33,016 bases of DNA. It comes from Octopus bimaculoides (Eukaryota). The notes beneath the pieces are model-generated. The model had not been told where the DNA came from, did no database searches, and saw only the letters and a program-made list of their open reading frames with translations. Positions 1 through 11,369 of the stretch are shown one piece after another. The stretch lies in contig NC_068985.1 of assembly GCF_001194135.2 (NCBI RefSeq), positions 68,036,039 through 68,069,054 of the forward strand, written 5' to 3'. Both the position numbers and the translations under genes were made by a program. Numbering within the stretch: the stretch's first letter is position 1; each line of letters opens with the position of its first letter.

Positions 1-768
1 AATTATATTGAAGTAGCCATGTATTTATTCAAAGATTTTTACTCAATCAAAATTGCCCTCCCCTACTTATAGAAAATAGCATACAACAAGCAAAAGAGAT
101 AGCTATAGAACAACTTAGGGCAACGTGGAAAAGACGACCCCCATCAAGGAACATAATACCATTTCTAGTAACACAATCCACATCACCAAAACAATTTTAA
201 CATCATCAACACAAATTTGCCAATCGTACAACAAAGTGAAAAATTAAAAACAAAACATAATAACTAATCAAACACTTATCTTAAGAAAAAACAACCACAT
301 AAACTAAAGAAACTTAACAAAAAATTCAACATTAACAAACAAGATAAAACATCCACAGCATCCAAATGTAATGATAACAGATGTGGAACGTGTCAATACA
401 TGCATACTGGAAGATCCATTAGAACAAAAAAGGGACAGATTTTCGCAGATGTAGATATGAACTGCAAAAGCAGAAATGTGATCTACTGCATTAAATGCCT
501 GAATTGCGAGGAACTATATATAGGAAAGACAGGGAATGTATTAACAGAACGGTCTAGTCCACAGACAATAAATCCGGAGCACCAATTCTCGCCAAATTCC
601 ATTGAGCGAACATATGGTGACATGTTGTCAGAAGATGTTTCTAATTTTCCTTTCCACAAACTACATGACACTACTGATGTTAGAAGAAAGATAAAAGAAA
701 AACGGTTTATTAAAATGTTCAAACCTGTTCTGAACGGAAGTAACAACAATAATATAACAACCAGTTAA
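1..768 (+). mobile_element. Penelope-like retroelement remnant #1: RT thumb, linker and GIY-YIG endonuclease (Neptune-like), decayed
   Basis: Manual translation: IENSIQQAKEIAIEQLR...NIIPFLVT (~69-172, thumb/linker), then one frame open 268-768: KKQPHKLKKL, SKCNDNRCGTCQY (C-x4-C-x2-C at 367-393), CKSRNVIYCIKCLNCEELYIGKTG (VIY-YIG motif) and FPFHKL...KEKRFIKMFKPVLN. PLSEHI lies in an alternative frame near 599, implying frameshifts. The 5' part runs off the window. Confidence 0.9.
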
Positions 769-1141
769 TGTTGTGGATTAAAGAATATCTGTAACATATG
801 AATATAAACAAATTACGGAATATTGGTACGCCTGGCAAACCGTGATGTTGAACTGCATGCGGATTGGTCAAAACCGTATTCTATAAATTCAGTTTCTTGG
901 AGCGTTATAAGAGATACTACAGTTGTCAAGAACTCAACTGTCAGTTAAACACATTTGAAATATGATGGTTACTCTATATATGAAAATGCTAATTTAACTT
1001 TATGAGCATTACAAAATATTTTTTTAATGTTATAACACCAAAATAAGAAACGTGAAAACCAGACCATGTCTTAACTTTATTCAACTGATAAATTATTCTA
1101 TACATATTCACACAAATTCGAAACAAGATATCTATATACAT

Positions 1142-1313
1142 NNNNNNNNNNNNNNNNNNNNNNNNNNNNNNNNNNNNNNNNNNNNNNNNNNNNNNNNNNN
1201 NNNNNNNNNNNNNNNNNNNNNNNNNNNNNNNNNNNNNNNNNNNNNNNNNNNNNNNNNNNNNNNNNNNNNNNNNNNNNNNNNNNNNNNNNNNNNNNNNNNN
1301 NNNNNNNNNNNNN
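1142..1313. other. Assembly gap (N run) followed by (TA)n
   Basis: N characters in the sequence. Confidence 1.
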
Positions 1314-1879
1314 TATATATATATATATATATATATATGGCTATCAGGCCAGTTACTGAGCTAATCGGTTTAGACAGTATCTTTTTATGTCCTACTATAT
1401 CAAAATATCAGTAAATTTCGGAGCGAGTCGAAATATCGACAAGAAACGGACAGTTAGAAAACCAGATGTGTCTGCGCCGTTTTGGGGACTCATTAAAAGC
1501 TCATTTGCAGCCATCTACATGCCTGAACAAGAATTTGTCACCTAGGATTTAGAAGATGCGAAATAAAACATTTTTTTGATATTGTGAGTTGCCGCCTAGC
1601 AAATAAAGAAAAGAAAAAAAATCTGGTATAGTCAGTTCGGGTAGTCTGTAATTTAATTAGCTGTCTAATTAAAATGTATACACCCTGATAGTTCAGCTAC
1701 TGAGCTAATTGTACTGTGATGATATTTCTGATGGGCGTGCTGTGGTTAAAGCCAATAAATATCGAAGAGAGAATAAATATCGACTTAACAGCATTCAACG
1801 AGAATTTTCACTTTGACTTTTAGAGTATCTTCAGTTATGTTGCTTCACAGCCAACCACGTGCAGGGTTGATATTCCCCT

Positions 1880-2240
1880 CATTTATGTAAACTAGATTCA
1901 TCCGAGCGACTATTTGCCATATAAGTAAATGTTTTATTCACAGTTTCCTATATTGCAGTCTACGAATTGTCCATTTAAACTAGCTAGAAGAATCCGAACA
2001 ATTGTCTCCGATCTAGATCTTCATAAGAGAAGACTCCATGATTTTAAACAGGCTGTACTTACAAGAAAACAACCGTCTACTCCAATAGAGAATGAAGTAG
2101 AACGCACCAAAGCAATGGACATTGAAGAATTACGAAAATCCAAAACGTGTTAAAAAAAGTAAAAAATCTCTATCTTTAAATTGCAACACATAACCCAAGA
2201 AACAGAAATATTCAGCATTATTTAACTGAGATATAATGAA
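1880..2240 (+). mobile_element. Penelope-like retroelement remnant #2: RT C-terminus/thumb
   Basis: HPSDYLPYK (~1898-1924), then NCPFKLARRIRTIVSDLDLHKRRLHDFKQ...IENEVERTKAMDIEELRK, then IATHNPR (~2180-2200). These match the PLE pattern YL..S.HP....IP..LARRI.TIV and align with remnant #1 (IENSIQQAKEIAIEQLR / PFLVT). Confidence 0.8.
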
Positions 2241-2445
2241 GAATTCTTCTCATATAATTCTTTTTTCACTATACTTCAGTTCCTTTTGGAGAAACATAGC
2301 ATGCTACGCTTAGCAAAATTTATTGTTGCAGAAATAAGCGAAACAGCAAATAAAAAACGAGCTGTTTTTTGAGAAATCACCTGGAGAGACGATCTGCACC
2401 TACGATGCATCACAGTTGCTTGTACAGCATCACACCTGTTAGGTA

Positions 2446-2474
2446 CCGATGTATAATGGGTCGAAACGAACGTA
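2446..2474 (+). ncRNA. Degenerate hammerhead-ribozyme-like motif downstream of PLE remnant #2
   Basis: CCGATGT (2 mismatches to CUGAUGA)-ATAATGGGTC-GAAA-CG-AA-CG-TA. Stem III ACG/CGT with a GUA triplet is present; stems I and II are poor. Confidence 0.3.
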
Positions 2475-3499
2475 GTGGTTCTGATAAAGTCTCATGAATT
2501 CTATTTTCTTTCGCTGTATATGTGTAAGTGTGTGTGTGTGTGTGTGTGCTTGTTTTATGTATGTATATACACACAAACACTCAAGCATTTTCATATACAC
2601 TCACTTATAAGTGTGTCTTTTGTGTGTATGTCTGGGTGTGTATATTTGTTTGGACGTGTTTCGGTGCTCTTCCTTCTTGCATTTATTTCCTTGCAGCGTT
2701 TAATTATAAAGCAGACACAACAACAGTTTCTCTTCATCGAATATATATTTCAACGATTTGGAAAATATTTTATTCTCATTTATTTTTGCATTACCTCCAT
2801 TAATTTCTATAATATTTTCATGGCATTTAACATTAGCTGATATCAGCATCTTTTATTTATTTATTACCTTGTGGGGGTGTTGGTGTGTGTGTGTGAGGGG
2901 GGATGTTACTGTCTCTACTGCGTGCTAATTTGTGTTATTAATTTAGGCAAGATACCAGTATGTACCCTTCTAAACGCACCCAAGGTACTAAATCGCTGAT
3001 AAACCGTGCAGCTGATTAAATCTAACACACGCAGTTACAAACTATGATGGCCTGAGCAACCACGCAATTTATTTCGCCCGACACTATAACAATTCTGCCA
3101 ATCGGACACTCCCGACTGGTAGTTTATTTATCGGCCACAAAAGTTAGACGACATTTTAACATATGTGTTATATGTGAATTTAGACCTCAGAAAGGGAAAT
3201 ATTTCGAATATTTACCGAAAGGCAATGTCCTGTATACGTCTATATGTGAGAGTTCTGAATCTGCCTCTTTATTTGTACCCTAAATTAAAAAGAACAGCTT
3301 TGCGAAAGAGAGAGTGTGTAATAAAAAGAGCGAAAATATAAAGTAGAACATAGGTAAAAGTATCGTTCGTAGGAAAGTGAACCGGCAATACTAATATGAA
3401 ATATAAACCAAAAACTGAGTGCCATTCATAAATAGATGAAGTGGAGTTGAAAATGAATGAAAATTACAATAGAAAGAGAATAACGAACAAGACGAAAAA

Positions 3500-3778
3500 C
3501 AGCAGCAGTTGTAGCAGCAGCAGCAGCAGCAGCAACAGCTGCATTAGCAGCAGCAGTAGTACTGGTAGTGCCTGAAAATTTAATTTCAAAATGCAGAAAA
3601 CAGCAGCAGCAGCAGTAGTAGCAGTAGTAGTAGTAGTAGTAGTCGTAGAAGAAGAAGTAGTAGTAGTAGTAGAAGAAGAAGAAGTAGTAGTAGTAGTGGT
3701 GGTGGTGGTGGTGGTGGTGGTGGTAGCGATAGTGGTGGGTTTGGTTGTAATAGTAGTCGTAGTAATAGTAGTAGTAAT
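3500..3778. repeat. Compound trinucleotide microsatellite (GCA/GTA/GAA/GTG)n
   Basis: Direct reading; it explains ORFs 3586..3840 and 3591..3791. Confidence 0.95.
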
Positions 3779-4399
3779 GAGATCTGATTGACTCTACGCT
3801 GTAATGGCTCTACGCTTAATGAAAATGTATCTCCTTCCACACCAACAGTAGTAAATCTTGCTATTCATTATCAACTCGATCAGTGTTTTGTTCGGTTTAT
3901 CTGTATACGTTATAGTGGTTGTGTGCGTGTGTGTGATGAACGCAACTTACAACTATTAAAAATCGAGCTATATTGCTATTTTTGTAACATTTTCGGCTTT
4001 CAAGTGGACCTCCGAAATAAGGCATTTTTATCTTCTAATTCACATGGGCTTTGTTCGCTTGCATGACATTAACTTTTATCTATCCGCTTCATTCTTTCTG
4101 TCTTCTTAATTGTTGATTATATGCCTAGCTGTCATTGGCGAGCAAGTCAGCTGCTTTTCTTAGGATTTCTTTTGTCTCGGTCGCTCTCGTTTTCCCTCTA
4201 TCTCTCACGTTCGTGCTGACACACACCTTCCCGTTGATTTTGCCACGATTTCCGTCTTCTTTGCTATTGATTGCCGCCTTATAATGGGAAGCCAGTTTAA
4301 CGTTCTCTTTGTAGCGAGAATCTTAAATAATTTACAGATTGTTTTTAAATATCACCCCTTAAACCATCTCCTTTTGTCGAATTTTTACCCCACTGTCAC

Positions 4400-4413
4400 T
4401 TTCTGTCTCTCTG

Positions 4414-4449
<36 letters not shown>

Positions 4450-4453
4450 GCTC

Positions 4454-4500
<47 letters not shown>
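4400..4500. repeat. (TCTCTG)n/(TC)n microsatellite
   Basis: Direct reading. Confidence 0.95.
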
Positions 4501-4506
<6 letters not shown>

Positions 4507-4826
4507 TTCATAGTCTGAAGTTTAGTCTTTTTTAGTGTTTATCGTCTTAACAACTTCATACAAACTATATATTTATTAGTACCGCTATTTTGGTGGTCCT
4601 ATGAAACCAAATATTTTTCTTTCCGCTCCTTTCTATTACCTGACAATCTTCTCCCTCTCTCTCTTTCACCCTTTATTTCTTTCTCTCTCTCTCTCTCCCC
4701 TCCCCCCTATCTCCCTTTCTGCGCGCGTGCAACCAAACTCACATACAAGTATTTTGTGTTTTTGTATTTTCCTTTATTCATGTTACCGCTAAATCATGCT
4801 ACAGTCTATATAGTTATCATCTGTAA

Positions 4827-5033
4827 GGCGGCGGCTGGCAGAAATCGTTACCGCGTCAGGAAAATGCTTAGCGGTATTTCGACCGTCTTTCCCTTTTGTG
4901 ATTAAATTCTGCTGAGTTCCACTTTGCCTTTCATCTTTTCGGAGTCGATAAAATAAGTACCACTTGAACACTGGTCGATGTAACCGACTTACCCCTCCCC
5001 CGAAATTGCTGGCTTTGTGTTAAAATTTGAAAC
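4827..5033 (+). mobile_element. SINE family A, near full-length (tRNA-derived head)
   Basis: A-box-like TGGCAGAAATCG, decayed B-box, central CTTTGCCTTTCATCTTTTCGGAGTCGATAAAATAAGTACC. Homologous copies lie at 20364-20472 (+), 32403-32612 (-) and 32632-32835 (-). Confidence 0.8.
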
Positions 5034-5091
5034 TAATATATTAATAATTTGTTTCTGACCCTGCTAGATACCTATAGTACGTGGTAAATAG

Positions 5092-6479
5092 GAGCCCCCT
5101 AGGACGAAAACCCCCAAGGAGAAAAAGGCCCACGGACAAAAGCCCCACGGACAAAAGCCCCACTGACAAAAGCCCCACGGGCAAAAGCTCCACGATTATA
5201 GTTTTAGATTATTGTTTTCGTTTTTTTCATCTTTTACATCTTTCAGTCATTAGACTGAGGCCATGCTGGGGCATCACCTTGAAGAATTTTTAGTTGAACG
5301 TATCGATCCCAGAATATTTTTTTCCTTTTTACTTGTCGCAGTTATTAGACTGCGGTCATGCAGGGGTACCNNNNNNNNNNNNNNNNNNNNNNNNNNNNNN
5401 NNNNNNNNNNNNNNNNNNNNNNNNNNNNNNNNNNNNNNNNNNNNNNNNNNNNNNNNNNNNNNNNNNNNNNNNNNNNNNNNNNNNNNNNNNNNNNNNNNNN
5501 NNNNNNNNNNNNNNNNNNNNNNNNNNNNNNNNNNNNNNNNNNNNNNNNNNNNNNNNNNNNNNNNNNNNNNNNNNNNNNNNNNNNNNNNNNNNNNNNNNNN
5601 NNNNNNNNNNNNNNNNNNNNNNNNNNNNNNNNNNNNNNNNNNNNNNNNNNNNNNNNNNNNNNNNNNNNNNNNNNNNNNNNNNNNNNNNNNNNNNNNNNNN
5701 NNNNNNNNNNNNNNNNNNNNNNNNNNNNNNNNNNNNNNNNNNNNNNNNNNNNNNNNNNNNNNNNNNNNNNNNNNNNNNNNNNNNNNNNNNNNNNNNNNNN
5801 NNNNNNNNNNNNNNNNNNNNNNNNNNNNNNNNNNNNNNNNNNNNNNNNNNNNNNNNNNNNNNNNNNNNNNNNNNNNNNNNNNNNNNNNNNNNNNNNNNNN
5901 NNNNNNNNNNNNNNNNNNNNNNNNNNNNNNNNNNNNNNNNNNNNNNNNNNNNNNNNNNNNNNNNNNNNNNNNNNNNNNNNNNNNNNNNNNNNNNNNNNNN
6001 NNNNNNNNNNNNNNNNNNNNNNNNNNNNNNNNNNNNNNNNNNNNNNNNNNNNNNNNNNNNNNNNNNNNNNNNNNNNNNNNNNNNNNNNNNNNNNNNNNNN
6101 NNNNNNNNNNNNNNNNNNNNNNNCTGGTTGAAAGTAGCCTAAAAAAATTTCTGGGTTCGATACTACCAAAAACAAAAATTCCTCAAGGTTGTGCCTCAGC
6201 ATGGCCGCAGTCTAATGACGGCAACAAGTAAAAGTAAAAATAAAAATGAATTATATCACAGAAGTGGTTGTGGTCAAGCTTTAAAAAAAATTCCTTGGTT
6301 CCATACAGCCATCTAACCATTCTTCAGGGCGGTGCCCCAGCATGGCTGACCACAGTCTAATAACTGCAACAAGTAAAAAAAAAAAAAAAATTTTTGGGTC
6401 GATACATTCATCTAAAAATTCTAAACACGATAAATATAACCGTGGGGCTTTTGTCCTAGGATCCTTTTGTCCGGATCCC
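5092..6479. mobile_element. Non-autonomous Foldback/Mutator-like DNA element with a 9-bp TSD and modular TIRs (centre hidden by a gap)
   Basis: GGTAAATAG at both 5083-5091 and 6480-6488. The left end has ~6 units of GGACAAAAGCCCCAC (5102-5194); the right end has 2 inverted units (GTGGGGCTTTTGTCC, 6442-6472). Inner arms carry SINE-B tail modules in opposite orientations. Confidence 0.75.
5371..6123. other. Assembly gap (N run) inside the foldback element
   Basis: N characters in the sequence. Confidence 1.
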
Positions 6480-6562
6480 GGTAAATAGATATCGCATACA
6501 TATAGTGTAATACGTGATACATGCTTGTTCGAACAGCAATATCACTGGTACACATGCAAATG

Positions 6563-6624
6563 CACGCACACACACACACACACACATTGTGTGTGCATGT
6601 GTGTGTGTGTGTGTGTGTGTGTTT

Positions 6625-6663
<39 letters not shown>

Positions 6664-6668
6664 TTTGT
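6563..6668. repeat. (CA)n followed by (TG)n microsatellite
   Basis: Direct reading. Confidence 0.95.
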
Positions 6669-8049
6669 GTATCTTTATTTAAAAAATACATCTAAAAAAA
6701 TAAACACAAGCGCCTTTTATATACATACTAAATTATTTGATAATTTATAGCATTTGAATCATATATGAATATATCAATGTAGGGAAACATAAACATGTCA
6801 CATTGGTGCACATAAAGAAATACCTAGGCATAAACTAAATATATGCTTCGTATGTGTTTTAATAGATATTCTGATAAGTTTTCTCACTCCTCTTTTATTC
6901 ATCTTAATTACCTCATTATCTCACTTAAACCTGGATCAAAATATGTGACTTGCATATTCAATGGAGATGAAGAAAATTCAAGTGAGCTAGCCATTTCAAA
7001 CGAATTATAGAAAACAATATGCAATAATGTTGTGATACATATGATCCTCCTAGGATTCTTCTAGGACGAATAAAGTATTCTTGAGAATTTCAAACTTTCA
7101 GACACGCATTGAAAACAGTATTTTAGTAACGTGCGAAAACAAGCTAGAAATTTTAATCATTTCAAGGAAGAGTGACTGGTGTGATTGCTTCTCCATGCCA
7201 AATAATCGAAATCACTGACTAGCTGCGTGCGTGTTCGTTTAAGTGTTCTAATCGGCATAGTCGTTAAGTGATTTATTATATAAAAAGGTGATCCTGGCAG
7301 CCTATTTCGTACTATGGAATGACGTAATGTGTGCAAGTAGTTCACACGAAATGTCAAGGCGAAGGCTTTTGGAAATAAAATCGAAAACACCCTGTGAAGG
7401 TATATGTCATTATTAGAATTTTAATTATTACTCTCTCAACTTAGCCAAGCCCCTCACACTATATGATATATGATAGATTGCAATAATCAGAAAACGTCGT
7501 AATTTATTGATGGATTTACCACTGATGTCAATGAAGATATAAATGCTCATCCAATCTGAAGCTAATTAAAACATGACAAATGACATCCCAGGAAGATTTA
7601 GACAGGACTCTATGAATACCGTTTATTCCACTAAACTGAAAAACAAAGCTGCTTGGAATTATACAACGTAGATTTATACACGAAGAAGATCTACTCACAC
7701 AATGTTTAGTTAAGATAACGAAAGTATAAAGAAATTTGATGAATAGGGAAGGAAACTTCATTGGAAAATTTAGGCTTTTCTAATTTTGTGTTATTAAGGA
7801 TTCATTCATCCTCTCAATTTTAACGCAATTAGAGCAATTAACTGACGTGATCATTTCATCATCGCATTTATTGAGGTCAGTTTGAACTTCAAGAAAATAC
7901 GGAAGGATTGACGGAATATATTAACTTCTACATTCTCTAAGGGAGTAATTCAAGTGTGGTACCTCAGATGCCATGCCGCCTGTTGTTTATTCTCCCGCGT
8001 TACCGTGGGTTTTCATTGGATGGTCAATTCGTTTAAAACGCAACTTTTT

Positions 8050-9490
8050 ACCACGATCCTAATTCCTAATTACTTTCTGTGTATTTCACCAACAACTCTT
8101 CTCTTCCCACCCGCCTAATGCAATTCCTCACCTCTTTCCTCTCAGGGGCATCCAATCATATTTACACAACTATCAGTTCTTGCTTAAAATAATCCTCTTC
8201 CTCAGCTACAAGACTTTTCTCAGCCGCTTATTTCCCTACCATCTCATTCTTTCTGGCTTCAGACTACACGTCCACTCCACATCCTAATTTGTTTCATTCA
8301 AAGTCCTTTGCTATTCATAATTTACTCCCGCAAATTAAAACTTTTCAACATCTGGAAGCGATCGCTAACACTTAACAACATCGAAGACGAACTCTGTATA
8401 TTCACTAAAAAGCCATTGCCACGATATCATCACGAAACCGGCTGACAAAGCTGTAACTGTAGTCATGTGACGCACTGTCTCCTACAATGCAAGCAAGATC
8501 CGACAGTGTCAAAACCCTGCATTATATCTCCTCTCCCACTGAACCTGCTCCACATTATCGAGATACAATGTCCTCAAGTATCCATCAATTCATCTCCTAC
8601 GTTCCCAAACGCCACCAACCTTAATGCATCCAACCCTATTCTTCCTCCTTCAAGTTCGCAAGTATGATAATCACCTCGCCCACCCAATCATCTATGACAT
8701 ATAGTGCCCAAATGTTTCGATCTCAAACTCTCAAACCTAGTTGGTTCCTCCTTCCCAACAACATTCGTGACTCCAACCACGGCTCCACCTTTTGACGTTT
8801 TAGATGCTCACGGATGTTGTTCACCATTATGCATCACAGTAACTGTCTGTTAGTATGTAAATATTACAGTATTTTATGTCTCTCTACCCTACAACTTAAC
8901 ATCTACCCACTCTCTACCATTTATCCAAAATTACCCTCATTCTAGACTGCTTCTTCTTCACAGAAGACTTTATTAGCATATCTTGGAGGTGGGTATAAAA
9001 GACCAAAATGGACACTGACTACGCTAAACATATTCTTTGGCTATACTGTAGAGTAGATCATCTCACAGTTCACTGACTCACCCCTGAATTATATGGACGA
9101 TGCATAGAGCCTATGAATCAGGAAAGACCGCGTTATCTTCCATTCAATAACTCGATAGCTTGATGGCTTTCGTTGACTTGTTCACCTTACTTGAACTAAT
9201 CCATTTCTGACAAGACAGCTAAATTTCCTGACGTCTCTGATGCTATCGATCATCCCTTCCGTCCCGTCACCACCTCCATATTTTACACATCTAATGGCTC
9301 TTCCTTCTATCTCAAATTCTCTTCCTATAACTCAGTCCATACCTAACACTCCAATTTTTACTCTCAATACCTAGAACGTCACCTAATCTGCAGCACTGAC
9401 CATCATTTTGAGAAACGATCTCAACACAAGATCGGAAACTTCACACTATGTAAATACCCCAGCTCTATTCCTAACTGCTCTCAGCTTCAT
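8050..9490 (+). mobile_element. Penelope-like retroelement remnant #3: N-terminus and reverse transcriptase, heavily decayed
   Basis: Motifs in the expected order across frameshifts: KTFLSRLFPYHLILSGFRLH (~8209-8268), DIITKPADKAVTVVM (8423-8467; PLE IKPADKG motif), LPNNIRDSNH (8751-8780), TKMDTDYA (~9002, cf. MGTKMGPSYA), PELYGRCIE (9083-9109, cf. LYGRYIDD), TTSIFYTS, SQYLERHLICSTDHHFEKRSQ (9362-9424, cf. SQFLRLRRICS). The 5' boundary is approximate. Confidence 0.8.
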
Positions 9491-9548
9491 CCATGAAATC
9501 GACTTTCATCCATGAAATCAACTTCATCCATGAAATCGACTTTCCCAT
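9487..9548. repeat. 18-19 bp tandem repeat x3 (TTCATCCATGAAATCGACT)
   Basis: Direct reading; lies at the 3' break of PLE remnant #3. Confidence 0.9.
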
Positions 9549-10191
9549 GTCTACCCTGCACACATAGTTACCTTTCATATCGCTGTGTTCCATTTAATTC
9601 TACTCAGTGATTCCGTGAAATTCCCTTGCTTATAACGACAAAGGAAAATTCTTTTTTCTTTAACCCTTACATTCACGAAATTTTTATATAAATACATGAA
9701 CATCCAAAACCACAATGAAAAATATTTACATAGAAGGAAATATACCCACACGCAGAACAACCACATTTTATGTCCATCATTCTCACGGCATAAAAGTGCA
9801 TTGCACTATATATAATCCATGCACTATATATCACTTTCACAACTCCCTTCATAGATTGATTATTAGAACTCAAACGGTTCTTTAAAACGAATTACTTATA
9901 CTAAAAGACACGCAAGCTTACACCACTCCTACGATAATACATACTAAAAATACATGTCCACACTCAGCAACACAGCTAATACCACAACATGATAGCAAGA
10001 ACATCAGAACATTAATAACCACATGATAATATCATACATGTACGCGCAATCATGACACTGTTAAATTATCTTCACACTTCGCCAAGCAAAACTGAAAATA
10101 CAGGCACAACTAAAGATTTACCGACAACACAAACACACACACACTATATCATAATAAAATATGCAATGTATAAAAGATATTCACTAACATA

Positions 10192-11320
10192 CAAGGGTCG
10201 GCTGAAAATGTCATAGGCTCTCCAAGATACTGTCTTAGAATTTGATGAAATGAGTTTTATTCTTCCAAAAAAGTAATCAACAGTAGAAATTACCTCATCA
10301 TCTTTGCGATATTGGTTCCTGGTCAAGTGTTTTTTTCAAGGTGAAAGATAGATGGGGCGAAATCAGGAGAACAGGGGAGGCGACCAACCAGTTCAATACC
10401 ATAACAGCTATTGAAACCAAAGACTTGTGATGAAACAAGACATCCGTTTCTTTGACATTTCGTCGCGATAGTCTTTCGTAACTGACTCAGTAAATTGGCA
10501 TAGTATTCTCCATGTCCTTTTGATGTTAGTCAATGAACAATGCCTTTTGCATCCCCTAAAACTGAGATCATCACCATCCCTGCAGTTGAAATGATTTTGG
10601 CTTTCTTTGGAGGAGATGAGGGGTGTTTCTACTGAATGAATTATCTCTTTGTCTCTGGCTCAAATGATGAAACCAATGCTCATTCTGGGTTAGGAAACGT
10701 TCAAGGAAACGAGCTGGACTAGCCTCAAACATCAAATTCTCCCGTGATGACATCAGCCTGGTATGCTTTTGATCGGGTGCCAGAAGATGTGGCACTGACT
10801 GACCAGAATCTTTCGTCGAACCAAGTTTGTGCAGAATATTCTCAACTCTCGCACTCCATATGTTAATACCATTGGGTATTCGATCTGTAGTCAAACGCCT
10901 GTCATCCATACTCATGTGGTGAACACGAGCAATGTTTTCCTACGTGGTAACAGTCGCAGGATATCGAAACGTCGGGTCATCTTCACGACTGCCTCTTCCC
11001 CTCTTACACTCAGCTGCCCGCTTTCGCTCTGTTGATAAAGCTGGAGCGTCATCCACTAATGTAGCAACCACGTCTGTATGAATAACATTTGTGGTTAAAC
11101 CCTTTTTCTGCAGGTAGTTGTTAAAACGACAATGCCAGGTTTTGTCCATTTTCAAGAGAAGTCTCTACTAGTTAAATCTGAAGTCTTCTTTGAACAATCA
11201 AAAGTCAGTTTATCTGGAAAGAAACAACGAAATTAGTAATAAGGAGAGTTGAAATAAATGCATGCTCTAGCGTCACTCCTTCATAGTGAACCAATGGAAT
11301 TTTCAGCCAACCCTCTTGCA
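10192..11320 (-). mobile_element. Mariner DNA transposon, near full-length, inactive
   Basis: Imperfect TIRs CAAGGGTCGGCTGAAAATGTCATAGG (10192-) and CCAATGGAATTTTCAGCCAACCCTCTTG (11291-11318), with TA at 10190-10191 and 11321-11322. Transposase pieces lie on the - strand. Confidence 0.9.
10260..11155 (-). pseudogene. Mariner transposase pseudogene
   Basis: MDKTWH...LQKKGLT...DDAPALST...EDDPTFRYPAT (HTH region; cf. EDDPRSGRP), SVPHLLAPDQK (WVPxxL motif), FLTQNEHWFHH (first catalytic Asp mutated to Asn), RLPCSPDFAPS (YSPDLAP motif), QYRKDDEVISTVDYFF. Multiple frameshifts. Confidence 0.9.
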
Positions 11321-11369
11321 TACACTTAAATGATTCTCTCATTACATAGTCCACACAGAAACAATCACA

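Noticed and set aside
1341-1712. CAG(T/C)TACTGAGCTAAT repeated at ~1350 and ~1693, plus an 8-bp inverted CTATCAGG/CCTGATAG
   Set aside because: Too short and inconsistent in orientation to define an LTR or TIR element; no TSD found.
4827-4910. tRNA-like A/B boxes here and at 26400-26470 and 32520-32835
   Set aside because: They are SINE heads; no cloverleaf can be formed, so they are not tRNA genes.
5102-5194. ORF with TDKSP repeats; regular spacing superficially like a CRISPR array
   Set aside because: Contiguous 15-bp units with no unique spacers; they are the outer TIR of the foldback element in a eukaryotic context.
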